Shown here one piece after another: positions 46,855 to 59,831 of a DNA stretch of 64,000 bases. This DNA is from Saccostrea cucullata. Its lineage: Eukaryota. Positions within the stretch are counted from its first letter, which is position 1, and the number at the start of each line of letters is the position of its first letter. The stretch spans positions 62,001-126,000 of the forward strand of contig NW_026920828.1 in assembly GCF_032062105.1 (NCBI RefSeq). Direction: 5' to 3'. Position numbers and translations under genes: made by a program. Under the pieces are notes generated by a model. That model made no database searches. It saw nothing but the letters and a program-made list of their open reading frames with translations, and was not told the DNA's origin.

Positions 46855-48876
46855 ATTTAAGACAACAAAGGATGGTGAATTTTTAAGGTTGGTTTCCTTG
46901 ATTTTCATGAATATCAACAGATATTAGTGACAGGTAATTACTTCAATGCTTCATAAACACAGAGCATGGACTTGTTCAGGGTCGAGCTCAAGAAATAATC
47001 AGTATTTCAGTATTGTTTTATATTGGGAGGTTTAAACACCATTGTGCATTGCAGGTATATTTTATCCTACTTCTTTCATCTTAAAAGCAGGATTTATTTA
47101 ACTTAAAGAATTATATTGTATTTATGTAAGGTATCTGTTTAAATGTGTAGTTTCAAACAAGGAAACTGATCTAATGTGGATAATTATTGTGTTTAATAGC
47201 GGCTGCTATTGGTACTTTGGGGATGGGCTCTATTCCAATGATTAGAGGAGTTATGTCAAAGATGACCCCTCCCCACAAGCAAGGTAAGCTCTTTTTAATG
47301 TCAAAATGAAATATATCAAAAATGACTCCTCTCCAAAAGCAAGAATCTCTATAATATGTTACGATGGATTCTTTCAAAGTAATGCCTCCAAATAAACAAA
47401 GTACAGTGTAACCTCTATTCTAAAGATTTCAGAAATTATTTGAAAGGTGACCAATTATGAGAAACAACGTAATCTTTTTTTCAATGATTAGATGACATGT
47501 CAAAGATGATTCCTCCCAAAAATTACTTGTCGCAAAAATATGGTGATCTATAGTTAAAATGATGTCCATGAAGAATTCCCCTCCCTCTCCTCTTCTTTAT
47601 ATAAGCTAATCCCTGATCCAATATTTAGATGAGTAAGGTCAAAGGTGAGTCTGCCTCACCAGCAAGGTATTTTCTACAATGATTAAGTGAGTAAAACCAA
47701 AGACCACATTTACAATGCAACCTCTGGTCCAATGATCAGAGAAGGTACGCCAAATACGCCCCCTCCTACAAGCAAGGCAATCTTTATTTTAATACTAAGA
47801 TGAATTGAGTCAGAATTTATTTTTCAGTCATTAAATGAATTATATCAATAATGACCCATCATCAAAAACAAGGTAACCTCTATTTCAATGAACAGAGGAA
47901 TCATTCCCATGAAGACCCCTTCCGATAAAATAAAGTAATCACTATTCCAATGAGCAGAGAAATTATGTCCAAGATAATCCATCATCACAAAAAAGAGATA
48001 AGTTGCAATCTAATTTTTTCACCTGCTAGTATACCAAAATAAAATAAAATCACTTTTGAAAGCCTGACTTTCTATTAACTCTCATGTTTCAATGCTCATG
48101 GAAAAAAATCTCACTAAAATCGATAGAATCAATTATGATTTTCATTGTCTTTGTATATAGGTACTTTGTTGGCAGTTCAACACATAGTGGAGAACATTTG
48201 TAACCTGACTGGATCTGTGTTAGGTGGCGCCATCTACTCAGAGACAGTGTCCTTCTACAGAGGAACCGTGTATCTAGTGTTCGCTGGCTTCTTGTTCTTG
48301 GCTTTCATACTTCTAATGTAAGTATTGGGATGAAATCATCAAGATTTACTCGTATTTTTTTTCTTTGAGGGCCAGCATTTTAATATAACTAGTATAATTG
48401 TACATCTTGTGAAATTAATTAGGAAATTGTCAATAGGGTTTCTTATTCAATGGACAATGAATTACATTGTCCTTTTAAAATTTCATTTTTTTTATGAATT
48501 TGACAATTCAACACATTTGAAAATTCAAGTTGTTAATAAAATAAAGCATCGGGCATATACTTGTATTTTCATTGTTAATTGGAGTCCATATTATGAATGG
48601 ATTGACCTAACGTATGTAGACCCTACTTTAACACTTAAAAAGGGGCTTTAATCTATCACTTCATACAGTCTGTGATGTGTACATGTGTTTGTCTTATATG
48701 GCACTGGTGATATAAATCACATTACCTTCCTTCGTTACTTTTATGAATATGAAATTTACTGTATATAACCATCAACATAAAATTACATTTATTTTCTTAG
48801 ATTCCTGATGAAAGACTCTAGAAGAATTAATACATATTTGGAGAAGGAGCACACTATAACAAAACCAACGAATTAG
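45496..48876 (+). CDS. SLC46/PCFT-like MFS transporter, paralogue A (470 aa)
   Basis: Exons 45496-46591, 47200-47283, 48161-48317 and 48801-48876, all GT-AG and in frame; MFS motif A SDSIGRRP; N-glycosylation sequons in the first loop; exon sizes 84 and 157 nt are shared with paralogues B and C. Confidence 0.9.
46799..46852 (+). repeat. Poly(A) tract in intron 1 of paralogue A
   Basis: About 54 consecutive A. Confidence 0.95.
47228..48002 (+). repeat. Degenerate ~61-bp minisatellite derived from the exon-2 3' end plus splice donor
   Basis: Unit CTCTATTCCAATGATTAGAGGAGTTATGTCAAAGATGACCCCTCCCCACAAGCAAG|GTAAG followed by about 12 decayed copies. Confidence 0.8.
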
Positions 48877-50449
48877 GCCATAGGAAAGAAATTTACTTTT
48901 ATCTTTAAGGACAGATGATACAAACAAACTTTTGTCAAAGAATTTGAAAATAACAATTTGGGTCATGTTCAAATAAATAAAATAAATAACGTTCACCACG
49001 TAGTTTTTAATTTTTTATTCAAATGTGCACAAAAATGGAGTTTGAAGTGAAAATTATTTGTATAGATTAATAAGGATGGTGTCAGAAGGGCAGACTTTTG
49101 AACACCACGGAAGGTTTACAATTTCTTTATATTCTAGAAATTTATTATTTGCATCATTTGCAATGAAATTAGGCCAAAAAATATACACCAATCCAGGCAT
49201 CCATTTTTTGTTTGTATCATATGTCCTTAAACACTGTGTAATGCTAAAGAATGTTAGTTTATCAATTACTTTCAGTGTTTTGAAAAAAAATCTGTCAATA
49301 TACATGCATCTGAAGAATCTATGTTTGTTTTATATTTACATCCACTTAATAATTTATTTCTTATGAAAACCACGATTGTTAATTTAAACAATAAAATGCT
49401 TTCTCTGGTTGTAAGTATGGGAATTAATGTTACAGCAGTTGCAGGAAAAATGCATGACCTTCCTATAATCTAATACAATCTACCATTAGCTCAAATGCCG
49501 ATGAACGATTTGTCATACTTAATGTTAGGCCATTATTTACACTTTGAATTGTCAACAGATTTTCCCCGTTATTTACCGATCATGACCAATCATGTGAGGC
49601 CCGTCGACAAGGGATGCTCACTTCTCCATAGAACCTGATCCCACCTCTTATGTTTTAGAGATCCGTGTTTGCTCTTCTGCTTATTACACATTTATATAAG
49701 TAGAAAAATAAAATTGCTTTCTTTACTTTTAGTTGGGAATTAAAGTTGGAAAAAAAATACCTAGTAAGCTTTAGCCAGTTACTCAACGTTCCTCGAGAGG
49801 ATACAAAGGCTAAATATGATAACCAAAATAAACATTTCATCAAAATCGTTACCAACATTTCAAAATCATCAAAGTTATAATTGTGTCATGTTGTATTTTT
49901 TTATATTTAGCGAGTGGCAATAAATACAAATTTTACATTTTGTATTTCAGTAAATACAAAATTCACACATTCTATTTACTGGTAAATTCAAAATTTACAA
50001 CATGTCAATGGACACAACTCATTTATTTATCTTATATTTTGCAGAATAAAATGATCAGTGGTTATGCATTGTACATGAATCTATTTAAATTGATTAAAAA
50101 TTACAGACATCAGTGAATGACCAGGGAATTGCTATATATTACAGAGGCCAGACAATGGGGACAAAGGTGTTATTGGCATTTTATTGGGTTCTATTACAGA
50201 TAGCTTATAATGCTATCTGTCATAATCTGTAGCGTAAATGCATTCCTTTGTGACATTTTTTTTTATCCTTTATTCAGCTCATGAACTTTATATAAACCCA
50301 GAAAAACTATGAAATCGTAAAATGTTTATCTTTGTTTACAATAATTATGAATACATTCATTTTATAATAAATCTGTTCGACAAAAATGAATAATTCATTT
50401 ATCAGAATCCCAAATAGATTACCTCGAGATGACTTAGGATCTTCCAAAA

Positions 50450-50599
50450 GTCGTAGAGATACTGGTCTGGAATGTTTTTCTACAGTCGAAAAATGACCCT
50501 ACTCGTCGTAGAATATTGGCCCGAGGTCATTTTTCTACGTAGAAAAATTACCCCTGGTCAATATTCTATACGGGAGTCACTTTTCGTCGTTACACCGGC
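50450..50599. mobile_element. Solo TIR of the 24935-27508 transposon family
   Basis: Close match to 27358-27508, ending in GTCGTTACACCGGC. Confidence 0.85.
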
Positions 50600-51269
50600 A
50601 CTGAATTCGAAAGAAGTTCGATCATACCTCTCATCCCCACCCCCACCCCCGAGGGTTGATTTTTTCCAGGTCACATCACAAAATTGATGATTGTTTTATC
50701 GGAGAGTAAATTGAAGGTGAACATATTAAAAGCAGTATTTAAAAGTCTTTGTTTGTTTCAGTATAATAAACAATTCATTGCATGAATGTTCGGGAAACAT
50801 GAAGATCTACTCAGCCAAGAAATAATTCCCCAAACTTTGCAAGTGCACTAAAGTCCAATGTAAGTTAGATATAGAATTGGCGGGGGAGTGGGTGGGTGGA
50901 GGCTAATTGAGAGAGAAAAAAACCGGGGGTGGGGGTGGGGTATTATGTTCAAACTTCTTTCAGTACCAATTTTTTACAAACACTACCAGTACATGTACCG
51001 ATACTTACTATGCTGCAATATGTCTGTTGAAAAAAAAAGGGAGGGCTAAACACATATGAAACCTACGCTCCAATGTTGTTCAATGCCTATATTATTTCTA
51101 TCTTTGCAAAAAAAAGTGGGGACCAAGCCCCTCTCAGGCACGTAGCGTCGTTTTTGAAAGTGGGGGGGGGGGGGGGGGGGGGGGGGAAAAAGTTGACAAG
51201 CCAGAGCCAACTTTTTCAAAGCCAATTTACTTTTTTTTTTTTACAATTCCTTGATATCACTATACTCTG

Positions 51270-52220
51270 GTAAAAAGTTGAAAAAGTTGACGTCCCTGTC
51301 TCTATATAACTCTTGAAAACAATGGAAAGTTTACTGAAGCCAAAAAACAACTGTATCAGAAAAGTTTAAAGTGCTTTAAATTCTATAGGGATGTGAAAAA
51401 TGCTAACCCCTCCTTAAAAACATTTTTACATATATTTGATCACTGTATTAAACCTATAGCTTTATATGGCTGTGAGAACTGGAGCATTATCAACGTTACT
51501 CCAAAAAGGAAAAATATTCCTCTTTTTGATATATTTAAAGATTGGGAAGTTGAAAAACTCAATATGAAATTCTGTAAATACATTATGGGTGTATCTAAAT
51601 CTTGTACAAACTTTTTCATTATATATAGCCATATTTACTTTCACTCCCAATTTTTTTTCCTACAATTCCTTGATATCTAAGTGAAAACAAATTTAAATAC
51701 TCTCAGTAATAGTTTTTTTAAACAAAAAGTACCAATTATTTGGAAGGCTTTGGTAAATTAAATACATATTTTAAGTATAAAAGGTCTTTTTTATTTTGAA
51801 AAATACTTGAATATGAAAAACCGAGACATCCTCACAAAATTCAGAATTAGTAATCATTTTCTATAGGAAAATTAATAAAGGTAATGTTGAGGATGAATTG
51901 CAAGAATGTTCACTTTATAATGACTCAAGAAGAGAGTTTTTAGATAAAATCTTTAAAACCTTTCCCCCCCCCCCCAACTTTTAAATGCAAATTTTAATAA
52001 GAGAAAACAACATAGTTCCCGATATTATACATAGGCCACTTATAATGTACATTCTATACATTAAAAGAAGATAACTAACTCTCTGTTCATTATACAATGT
52101 TTGTTTTGTTCTGTTTTGTATATGTATAACTGTGATGATTTTGGACACTGTTCTGTATGCTCCACTGTGGGCCCAAATTGGTTGAATAAATATTCTAATT
52201 CTAATATTCTAATATTCTAT
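51270..52220 (+). mobile_element. Decayed 3' part of a non-LTR retrotransposon (LINE)
   Basis: Post-RT motifs IFDHCIKPIALYGCENW, EKLNMKFCKYIMGV, LTKFRISNH and VEDE; AATAAA followed by a short tandem (ATTCTA) tail at 52186-52220. Confidence 0.7.
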
Positions 52221-52913
52221 ACCCCCCCCCCCCGGTTCCAACACCTATATATGGTATAAAAATTAAGAGTTTCTCTATTGTAGTTTTGTAGTTTTCAAAC
52301 AATAAAACCCCAACCTTAACTAAGGAAATAAATTTAGTTTTAATGGTAATGCAGTGCAAACTGTACCAAAATAGTAAATACTGCTATTTCAGGTATTATG
52401 ATGAAATGTCATTCAAAGTTTAATGTAGCAACAGCTGCGCTTATTGAAAAGGCTATAGAAAAGCATATTTTAAAATGAAAAGAATTATTGGATTTGATAT
52501 CCCATGTAAGCTCAAATCTTCCTAAGATTTGAAGTGACCGTCGGTTCAAACCAGTCATGGGGCAAATAGCGATTCACCTTAATTTGGCGTTGTCTGCCCC
52601 TGGAAGTTGTTTACAAAACAACACTCAAGCAAAGAGTAAAGACGTGGTTACATCTGGTACAGAACAAGGAAATCAGTGAAATTCTAATGGATAACTGTGA
52701 AAAATTTAATGACTTTCCTCGAACAGACGGTAGACATGGTAGAGTTTCCCGGAATAATTGTATGTTCTGAATTTTAACATAGTGCGATGACGATGGAATG
52801 CCATCCAGTTGATCGGACGGTTACTCAAGAAACAGTCTGTGTTCAAGTGTGTTGCATTGTTAAGATGTTCAATTGACAGTTATTTTGTTGTTGATCTGGA
52901 GATATTTGTCGGA

Positions 52914-54831
52914 ATGGAACCTCGGAGACCGGAGACAGAGGAGGGGTACCTCCGGAAGTTTTTACCTCTCTGTGTTGTGGAATTCTTCTTCTTCCTTGCT
53001 TACATAATGGGATACTTCATAGCAATTCAATATGGTCATGGCAAATTTCGTGAATCTCTGTTTCCAAACCAAAATCATTTAAATACAACAGATAAATCTC
53101 AATGCGATACTAATACTAGTTCTGAGAGTTATAGAAAAGAGCAAGAGGTGCAGAGAGTGGTCTCAGAGTGGAGTGTGTACATTAACCTAGCTCAAGGAAT
53201 TCCTTTAATATTTGCATCAATTATATTCTCTCCTCTAAGTGATTCTGTGGGCCGTAAGATTTTCCTTTTTATAGGTGGTGCGGGTGTTTGTATAAAACAG
53301 TTACTTATGACTCTAGCTATTGCATTGGATTGGAATATTTATCTATTTGTGCCTTTTACATTTATTGAGGGTTGTACTGGTAGTTGGGTGGCCCTGTTGG
53401 CCATCACTTTTTCCATTATGTCTGATATATCAACTGGCCAGTCTAGATCTTTTCTCATTGCTGCTATAAGCTTTGTGTTTGGGGTGGGTTACTCCGTTGG
53501 TAATTTCATACCTGGCTATGCAATCGTAGCTTTAGGCTACACTTATGCCATGGCGTTGTCCTGCGGTATATGTTTCCTATCGGTTATTGGTATATGTTTC
53601 CTGCCAGAATCACTACCTCCTAGTCGACGCTCAACAGTACATTTTCACTGTATTACCAACTTGAAAGAGATTCTCCAATTTTACATCAAAGAGGATGAAT
53701 CTTTCAGGGATTCTAAAAGATGGAAATACATAGTGGGTCTTTCTGCATTTGCTTTCATTATGTTGGCAAGGCTGGGTGCTTCTTTTGAGCTACTTTATCT
53801 GATCGATTCACCATTTTGTTTCAATCCAATCAAACTAAGCCTGTTTGAAACTTTGAAAGCAGTATTGTCTGAAGTCATTATTTTAGTTGGAATAAAACTG
53901 ATGCAGCTGTGTTTAAGAGATGAAATTATTGCATTCATTGGCACCATTTCCTCTCTAGCTTATTACATCTTATTTGGATTGGCCCCATCTGAGAAATACC
54001 TTTACATAGGTAAGACTTTGTCTGCATCTCTATTTTATTTAATGAATAGTGATGTGAGCACTGTTACAAAATTATATTGGATATAATTTCCTTTCTAGCT
54101 GCTGCAGTTGGTGCTGTTGGCATGTGCTCCATTCCAATGATCAGGGCGGTGATGTCAAAGATGACACCTGTAAACAAACAAGGTAATATTCAACAATGAG
54201 ACCACAAAATATTATTTCCATGAAAAAGAATTATCCAATAACCAGTGCTGTATTTTATGAACTTTGTTACAGCGACTTTTATGTAATTTATTTTTCTTTT
54301 TGTAGGTACAATGTTTGGAAGTATAGCTATTATAGAGAACATTTGTAACCTCTCGGGCTCTGTACTTGGGACAGCTATATATTCTGCAACAGTTTACTAT
54401 TATCGAGGGATGGCATATCTAGTGCTAGCTGGATTTATGTCTCTAGCTCTCATTCTTCTGCTGTGAGTAAATTATGTTCTCTTATGTAACAGCATTTTCT
54501 ACTTATTTTTCCAAAATTTGAGAAAGTTGTAGAGGTATGTTTTGTAATTTTTTAATCACATTCACCATGAGATATAACCTTTAAGGTTAATTGTAGTGAT
54601 TAATGTAAAGAAAAAGAAAATGACGACAATGTTTACTTTAAGATAATATGTTTTCCTCCCAAAAAAGTCCTTTTCTTGATGTGTAAATTTCAATTCAATG
54701 ACTTCTTTCTGAAAGTACAAGTATTAGAAAGGTTATATTTCCTTTCTTATAGAATTCTGGTAATTTGTGGCCGTGGACGGAGAGATCAAGATGACTATGA
54801 ACCCATTCCAACAGGTGAAAATATAAACTGA
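52914..54831 (+). CDS. SLC46/PCFT-like MFS transporter, paralogue B (471 aa)
   Basis: Exons 52914-54009, 54099-54182, 54306-54462 and 54753-54831, GT-AG and in frame; SDSVGRK motif; C-terminal tail contains YEPI. Confidence 0.92.
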
Positions 54832-56049
54832 TTTGTACTTTATTTTTTAAAGGTAACTAGAATATCTTGACTGAAGGTTCATTTATCTTTCAGCGAGGCA
54901 TTTTTGGCTTTTTCATACCTAAGTTATATTTTATTTGCCTTTCTTATGTTACTGCCCAGTAAAATTTAACACTTTGAACAATATATTTTACAGAACCAGA
55001 CAGATTTATTTCTAACTGAGAATTTTATGTAGGATATTTGTTATTCTAATCAAGTTTTGTTGACTTCTCATATTGTAAATAAAAGCAGCTGACATTACTG
55101 ATACAAATTTAGACAAAATGAAATTTTTTTTAGCAACCACTGTAAATTTGAAAATTTTCTAAAACAACCCTTTTATAATAAAAGTATTATCTCATTTTTG
55201 AGCTCATGCATATTTGTGATTTTCTATTTTATTTTATTGAATTTTATTTTTATTTATTTTATTTGATATTTTGAATGAATCTCTTATTATTTGCCATAGT
55301 AAGTTAGAAAAATGAATCAATGTATTTTCTACTTTCATTTTATTTTATCTGTCTGTAAATATGTTTTATACAGGACCATAATGAAAACTATCTAGCAATA
55401 TGTTACTAATTGTGCTATCACGTGTAAATAAAAGAATGTATTCTTATTGTTATATTTGAAAATATCCCTCTATTCTTTTATTTCTTATAACCAGAGATTT
55501 TTTTCTTTCATTTTCTTAAGTTTCTAATTACCAATAAAATAACTTGTGATTATCAGTTAATAAGTATCCTCTCTACATGTACAGATATTTTAACTTATAT
55601 TGTCAGTTTTACAAAGGAACATATTATGTCTGCAAGAAGAAGAATGCTGTAATATTCATACAGTTGAAACTTGGCATAATGTCAGATAAATGTTATTGAA
55701 TGTTTTAAAATCATGCCCTTTTAGGTGGTGGCTGAACTAAAACTTTCTTTTCTTTTTAACTCAATATATATAATTATTATGTAATGATCTATTTGGATGA
55801 AAGAAATCACCTGTCAGAAATTTATAGCCCACAACTTACTTATTTTATTAAGATGATGTTTACATGTCGTTCCTTTTGTATGATGTTTGTGCACCATGGT
55901 TGTGGATATCTTCATTTTTCATCAATATTGAAAGTGCTCTGGTATTTAAGTCTCCAAAAAATTCATACCATTTTCAAAAAGTATTGGTTATTAATTCTTA
56001 TTGGAACGGTGATCAGCTGAAAATTTAATAAATGATTGTGAAACTTGAT

Positions 56050-56950
56050 TCTTTTATGCCCCTGCAGTCAAAGATCTGGGGAGATAGTTTTTTTTTGTTA
56101 AAATGGGTCAAATTAAAAGTTCAGGAGGTAAAATTTGGTGGTACTCGAAGGAAAGTTTTGTCACAAGGAATACTCTTTTGAAATATGAAAGCCCCAGCTC
56201 TAACCATTCAAAAGTTATTGACAAGGTTAAAGTTTTTGCTGAAAAACAGACAGGCAGATGGATGGAGAGGGCAAAAATTATATACAATGTACCTACGAGG
56301 ACATAAAAATCAAAATCTTCTCACCTTTTTTGGGGGAGGGGGGGTAGGCTTATGTTATTCCCTCGACATGGACGGCCCAGGTTAATGGTTTTGAAGCAGT
56401 TTTATATTTAAGTACTTCTGTGCCCTACATTAATCAGACATGCATGGAGGTGCTCTAGTGTGTTTCATCGTACTAGTCAAGGTGTCAGACGCTAAAGTAT
56501 CGGCAAAGGAATTACCAAGTAAACATTTTTGGAGCAGGTTAACGTTTTGATGCAGGTCCCATTCCCAATTAACTATGAGCCCTATGATGACTGAACTTGA
56601 CAAGATGATACATTTAACAATGTAAACTAAGTGACTGGCTTCGAATGCTGGATCCAACATACGTTTTTCCGATAATGGACTAGGTTAAATTTCCGGGCGC
56701 AGGTCTATTACCAACCAAACTTGCATGGATAATGCATCAAGGGAAGAACACTCTCAAACTGGCTTCAGATGCTGGATTTGAGTTAAATTTTCTTGATAGG
56801 TGATTAGTTTGAAGTTTTTGGATATCTGTTTATAAGTAACTGCAAGCCCTATGAGATCAACATTCCATAAATGTTGCATCTTTGTGTGTAGATTTCTAGG
56901 TTTTTAGTTAATTAGGGACTCTGTCTAACTACCCATCCATTGAGATGAGA
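56050..56950. mobile_element. Fragments of Helentron-type non-autonomous elements and satellite-like repeats
   Basis: TGTCACAAGGAATAC...GAAATATGAAAGCCC...AAAGTTATTGACAAGGTTAAAGTTTT plus GACAGG/GATG microsatellite, resembling 3480-3570 and 63250-63360. Confidence 0.5.
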
Positions 56951-58011
56951 TCTGTAATATCTTATTACTTGTCTTTTCAATATCAAGATATGTCATTGCG
57001 ATTGTAAGAGTTGTGTCTTTATGTCTATTATATGTACATGTTTTTTGTCATGATTTTCATTGTTTTATATTTTAATTTTGAATAAACTTATTTATGCAGA
57101 CCTTATTTCTTAACATTATTGTAAAACTTTAATCTGCCAAGCAAAATAATTTGAAATCATAAAGGGGTTTAGATAGAATGCCATCACTTTGGCAAGTCTT
57201 TATTAGGTTTCATCAGACACTCTTCAGGAAGAATAAAATTTGTGTAGAATTGAACAAAATATTCTTCTCAGGAATAGAGAATTTAACTTTCCCAAAATTG
57301 TGAGCATATGTCTGTTAAGAATCTTGAAATATGTAGATAACGAAGAGTATTCAAGCTCAACAGTCCATTCAAACAACTCATATCATGAGCGCAGCAAACA
57401 GGGACCTCCAAAACATCAGAGGTAGGATCAGATGCCATGGAGGAGTAAGCACCCCATGGCAACCTGTCAAACTTGCCGTGTGATCCTTGTCATGATCGCG
57501 AAATAATGGAAAAATCCGTATACAATTCATTTCAAGTAGTATTTAAGTGATGGTCTGACAATTTGTTTATTAACTGTCACTGCCCACTTTTCATCACATA
57601 GTTTCATCGTGAGATGCTGGAAAACAAGGGCTATTACAGAGACTGAATTAAAAATAATGAATAGTAAAGAATCAGTAAACTAGAGGGGAATTAAACGCTT
57701 CATTAAAGCTTCTGAAAAAAATTTAAGAATCCCAAAGAAATAATCACTAAAATATGTGAAATTTACAGCAAGCGATGTCTGTTTTATAGACACATGAGCA
57801 GGTGGATTGCAATGAACAAAAATTATATAATTGGCTTCAAAGACAGATACCGTCCTCGACGACAAGGAATTACTAGTATAACAACCAATGTACTGTTTGC
57901 CAAAGTTCAACAAATTATCACTGATGATGTTTGACTTTAAGGCAGCTAGCAAAATTGACATCATTTTGAGGGTAGATTACATTGTTTAAAAAGAAACATT
58001 TGACTATTGTC

Positions 58012-58083
58012 AAAAAATAGGATCACTTTTGGGTATTAAGCTTTTTATTAAAAGCTTAATACCCAAAAGTGATCCTATTTTTT
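58012..58083. repeat. Perfect 34-bp-arm palindrome with a 4-nt spacer
   Basis: AAAAAATAGGATCACTTTTGGGTATTAAGCTTTT-TATT-AAAAGCTTAATACCCAAAAGTGATCCTATTTTTT. Confidence 0.95.
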
Positions 58084-58539
58084 AAAAAATGAATGCAACA
58101 GCGTGTAAGAATATCTAAACAAATATTCCAAAAAATCAAAAATTTTAGTTATCATCGTTTGTCTGAAATTCAAACAGATATTTAAACTTGAATCCATTGC
58201 TTTAAACCCTCAAAACAAATTTACAAAAAGATGCACTTGACAAAAACAGCCAAGGTTTGAGAAGAGCAAAGAATTATGAAAGCACAGAAACAGTTTTATG
58301 TGTCATTTTCTTAAATATTAGTGGTCCTGTTCAAATTCTTATTCAGGGAGGCAGTTCAATTTCTGGAGAAGTCTAGAATGCAAATTTTTGAACAAAAAAA
58401 TCAAAAATATTAATGAAAGGATGAAACCAGAATCAGGAATCAACAACATTAAATTTCTTCATGTCAGCGTCCAAACCCACACGCCATGAAGAGTAAAGGA
58501 GTTTGGGGGATAAAAAGATAGTTACCAACAATATTAGCC

Positions 58540-59495
58540 AGATGTTTTGGAGGTCCGTGTTTGCTCTGCTCCTTTTGTATTGTTTTATGGACTTTAATAT
58601 TGAATACTGTTCGTTATCTCCATATCCATCGTTCACCCTTTGACTTGTTTCATTTTCCAAACTAAAAAAAACACCTTTCAAAAAGAAGAAACAAGTCCAG
58701 AAAATCAGTAGATCTGCCATATCCCATTATACGAAGGATCATATTAAAATGTGTTCTAAAACAATCGGAAATTAGATAAAAATGTTGCGGACAATTTTAA
58801 TTAAAAGAGAATATTTTAGGGAAATCATTAAGACTAAATCTTTGAAAAAGTTTTTTTTTTTTGCTTCTTTCCGAGCACCAAGGACATTATTATTGGACAG
58901 CCCTCGTAATGAATAGTTTTTTATACGACCCTCCCCTTTATGCTCCATGTATCTGATTACAACAACTCCCAAAGATATTCAAATATACATGCACTGGGCT
59001 TTTCGTGACGTTTTTTTAAAAATGATACAAATACCATTGTAAACTATATAGAAATGATAAATTTTGTGAATTTTACTTCTAGTTTATATTGAAGAATCAT
59101 TTCTTTTTACTTACAATGAATATCAATGGAAAATCATGGTCTTTGATAAAGGATATGGAGATAATGAACAGTATTCAATATTAAAGTCCATAAAACAATA
59201 CAAAATAGGAGCAGAGCAAACACGGACCTCCAAAACATCAGAGGTGGGCACAGATGCCATGGAGGAGTGAGCATCCCCTGCTGACCGGTCACACCTGCCG
59301 TGTGATCCTTGTCATGATCGGAAAATAACGGAAAAATTCGTCGTCAATTCAGTGTATAAATATTGGACTAGCAATCAGTATGAAAAACGTCAGTCAGCAT
59401 TTGACTCAATCATAAATTCTATTTGTTGACAAGGTCATTGTATCGACCAAAGAACTTTAAAAATGATGACTTTAAACGAGACTGTTGATATTCTC
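58540..59495. mobile_element. Two Naiad-type PLE 3' ends facing tail-to-tail (58540-58629 +, 59150-59495 -)
   Basis: Near-identical ~90-bp inverted copies of the terminal sequence, about 520 bp apart. Confidence 0.8.
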
Positions 59496-59831
59496 GTTAT
59501 TTTAGTTTCGATAAAAGTATAGATATAAAGAAATATTGTACTTTACTTGTACAATTGTTTTCTTCTGTGAAGCAGGTTTTTATTTCGTTACACATAAAGA
59601 TAAACAAACAATTATTCAGACATGCGTTATTTATGCTCGTTATCGTTTGTCCAAAAGGATCAAGGATAGGTCGTTTTGACCATCGTCCTAATTTAATAAA
59701 CAGGTACCTTGATAAAGCACCTAAAGATGATATCCACTAGGTATATTTTTATTAATGCAGTAAGTCAGTAATCCTCACCAAGTCCGAAGTCTCAAACCCT
59801 TAACTAAGAGTTTGATGACTTATTTCACAGG

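Noticed and set aside
50041-50290. Alternative last-exon acceptors for SLC46-A at 50045 and 50278
   Set aside because: Both hit a stop within 2-3 codons, whereas 48801-48876 is homologous to the last exon of paralogue C.
59240-59300. HDV-like ribozyme reading of the PLE 3' module (CTCCTC resembles the HDV L3 loop)
   Set aside because: No GG for P1.1, no P4 in the required position and no catalytic C-containing J4/2 segment could be placed.
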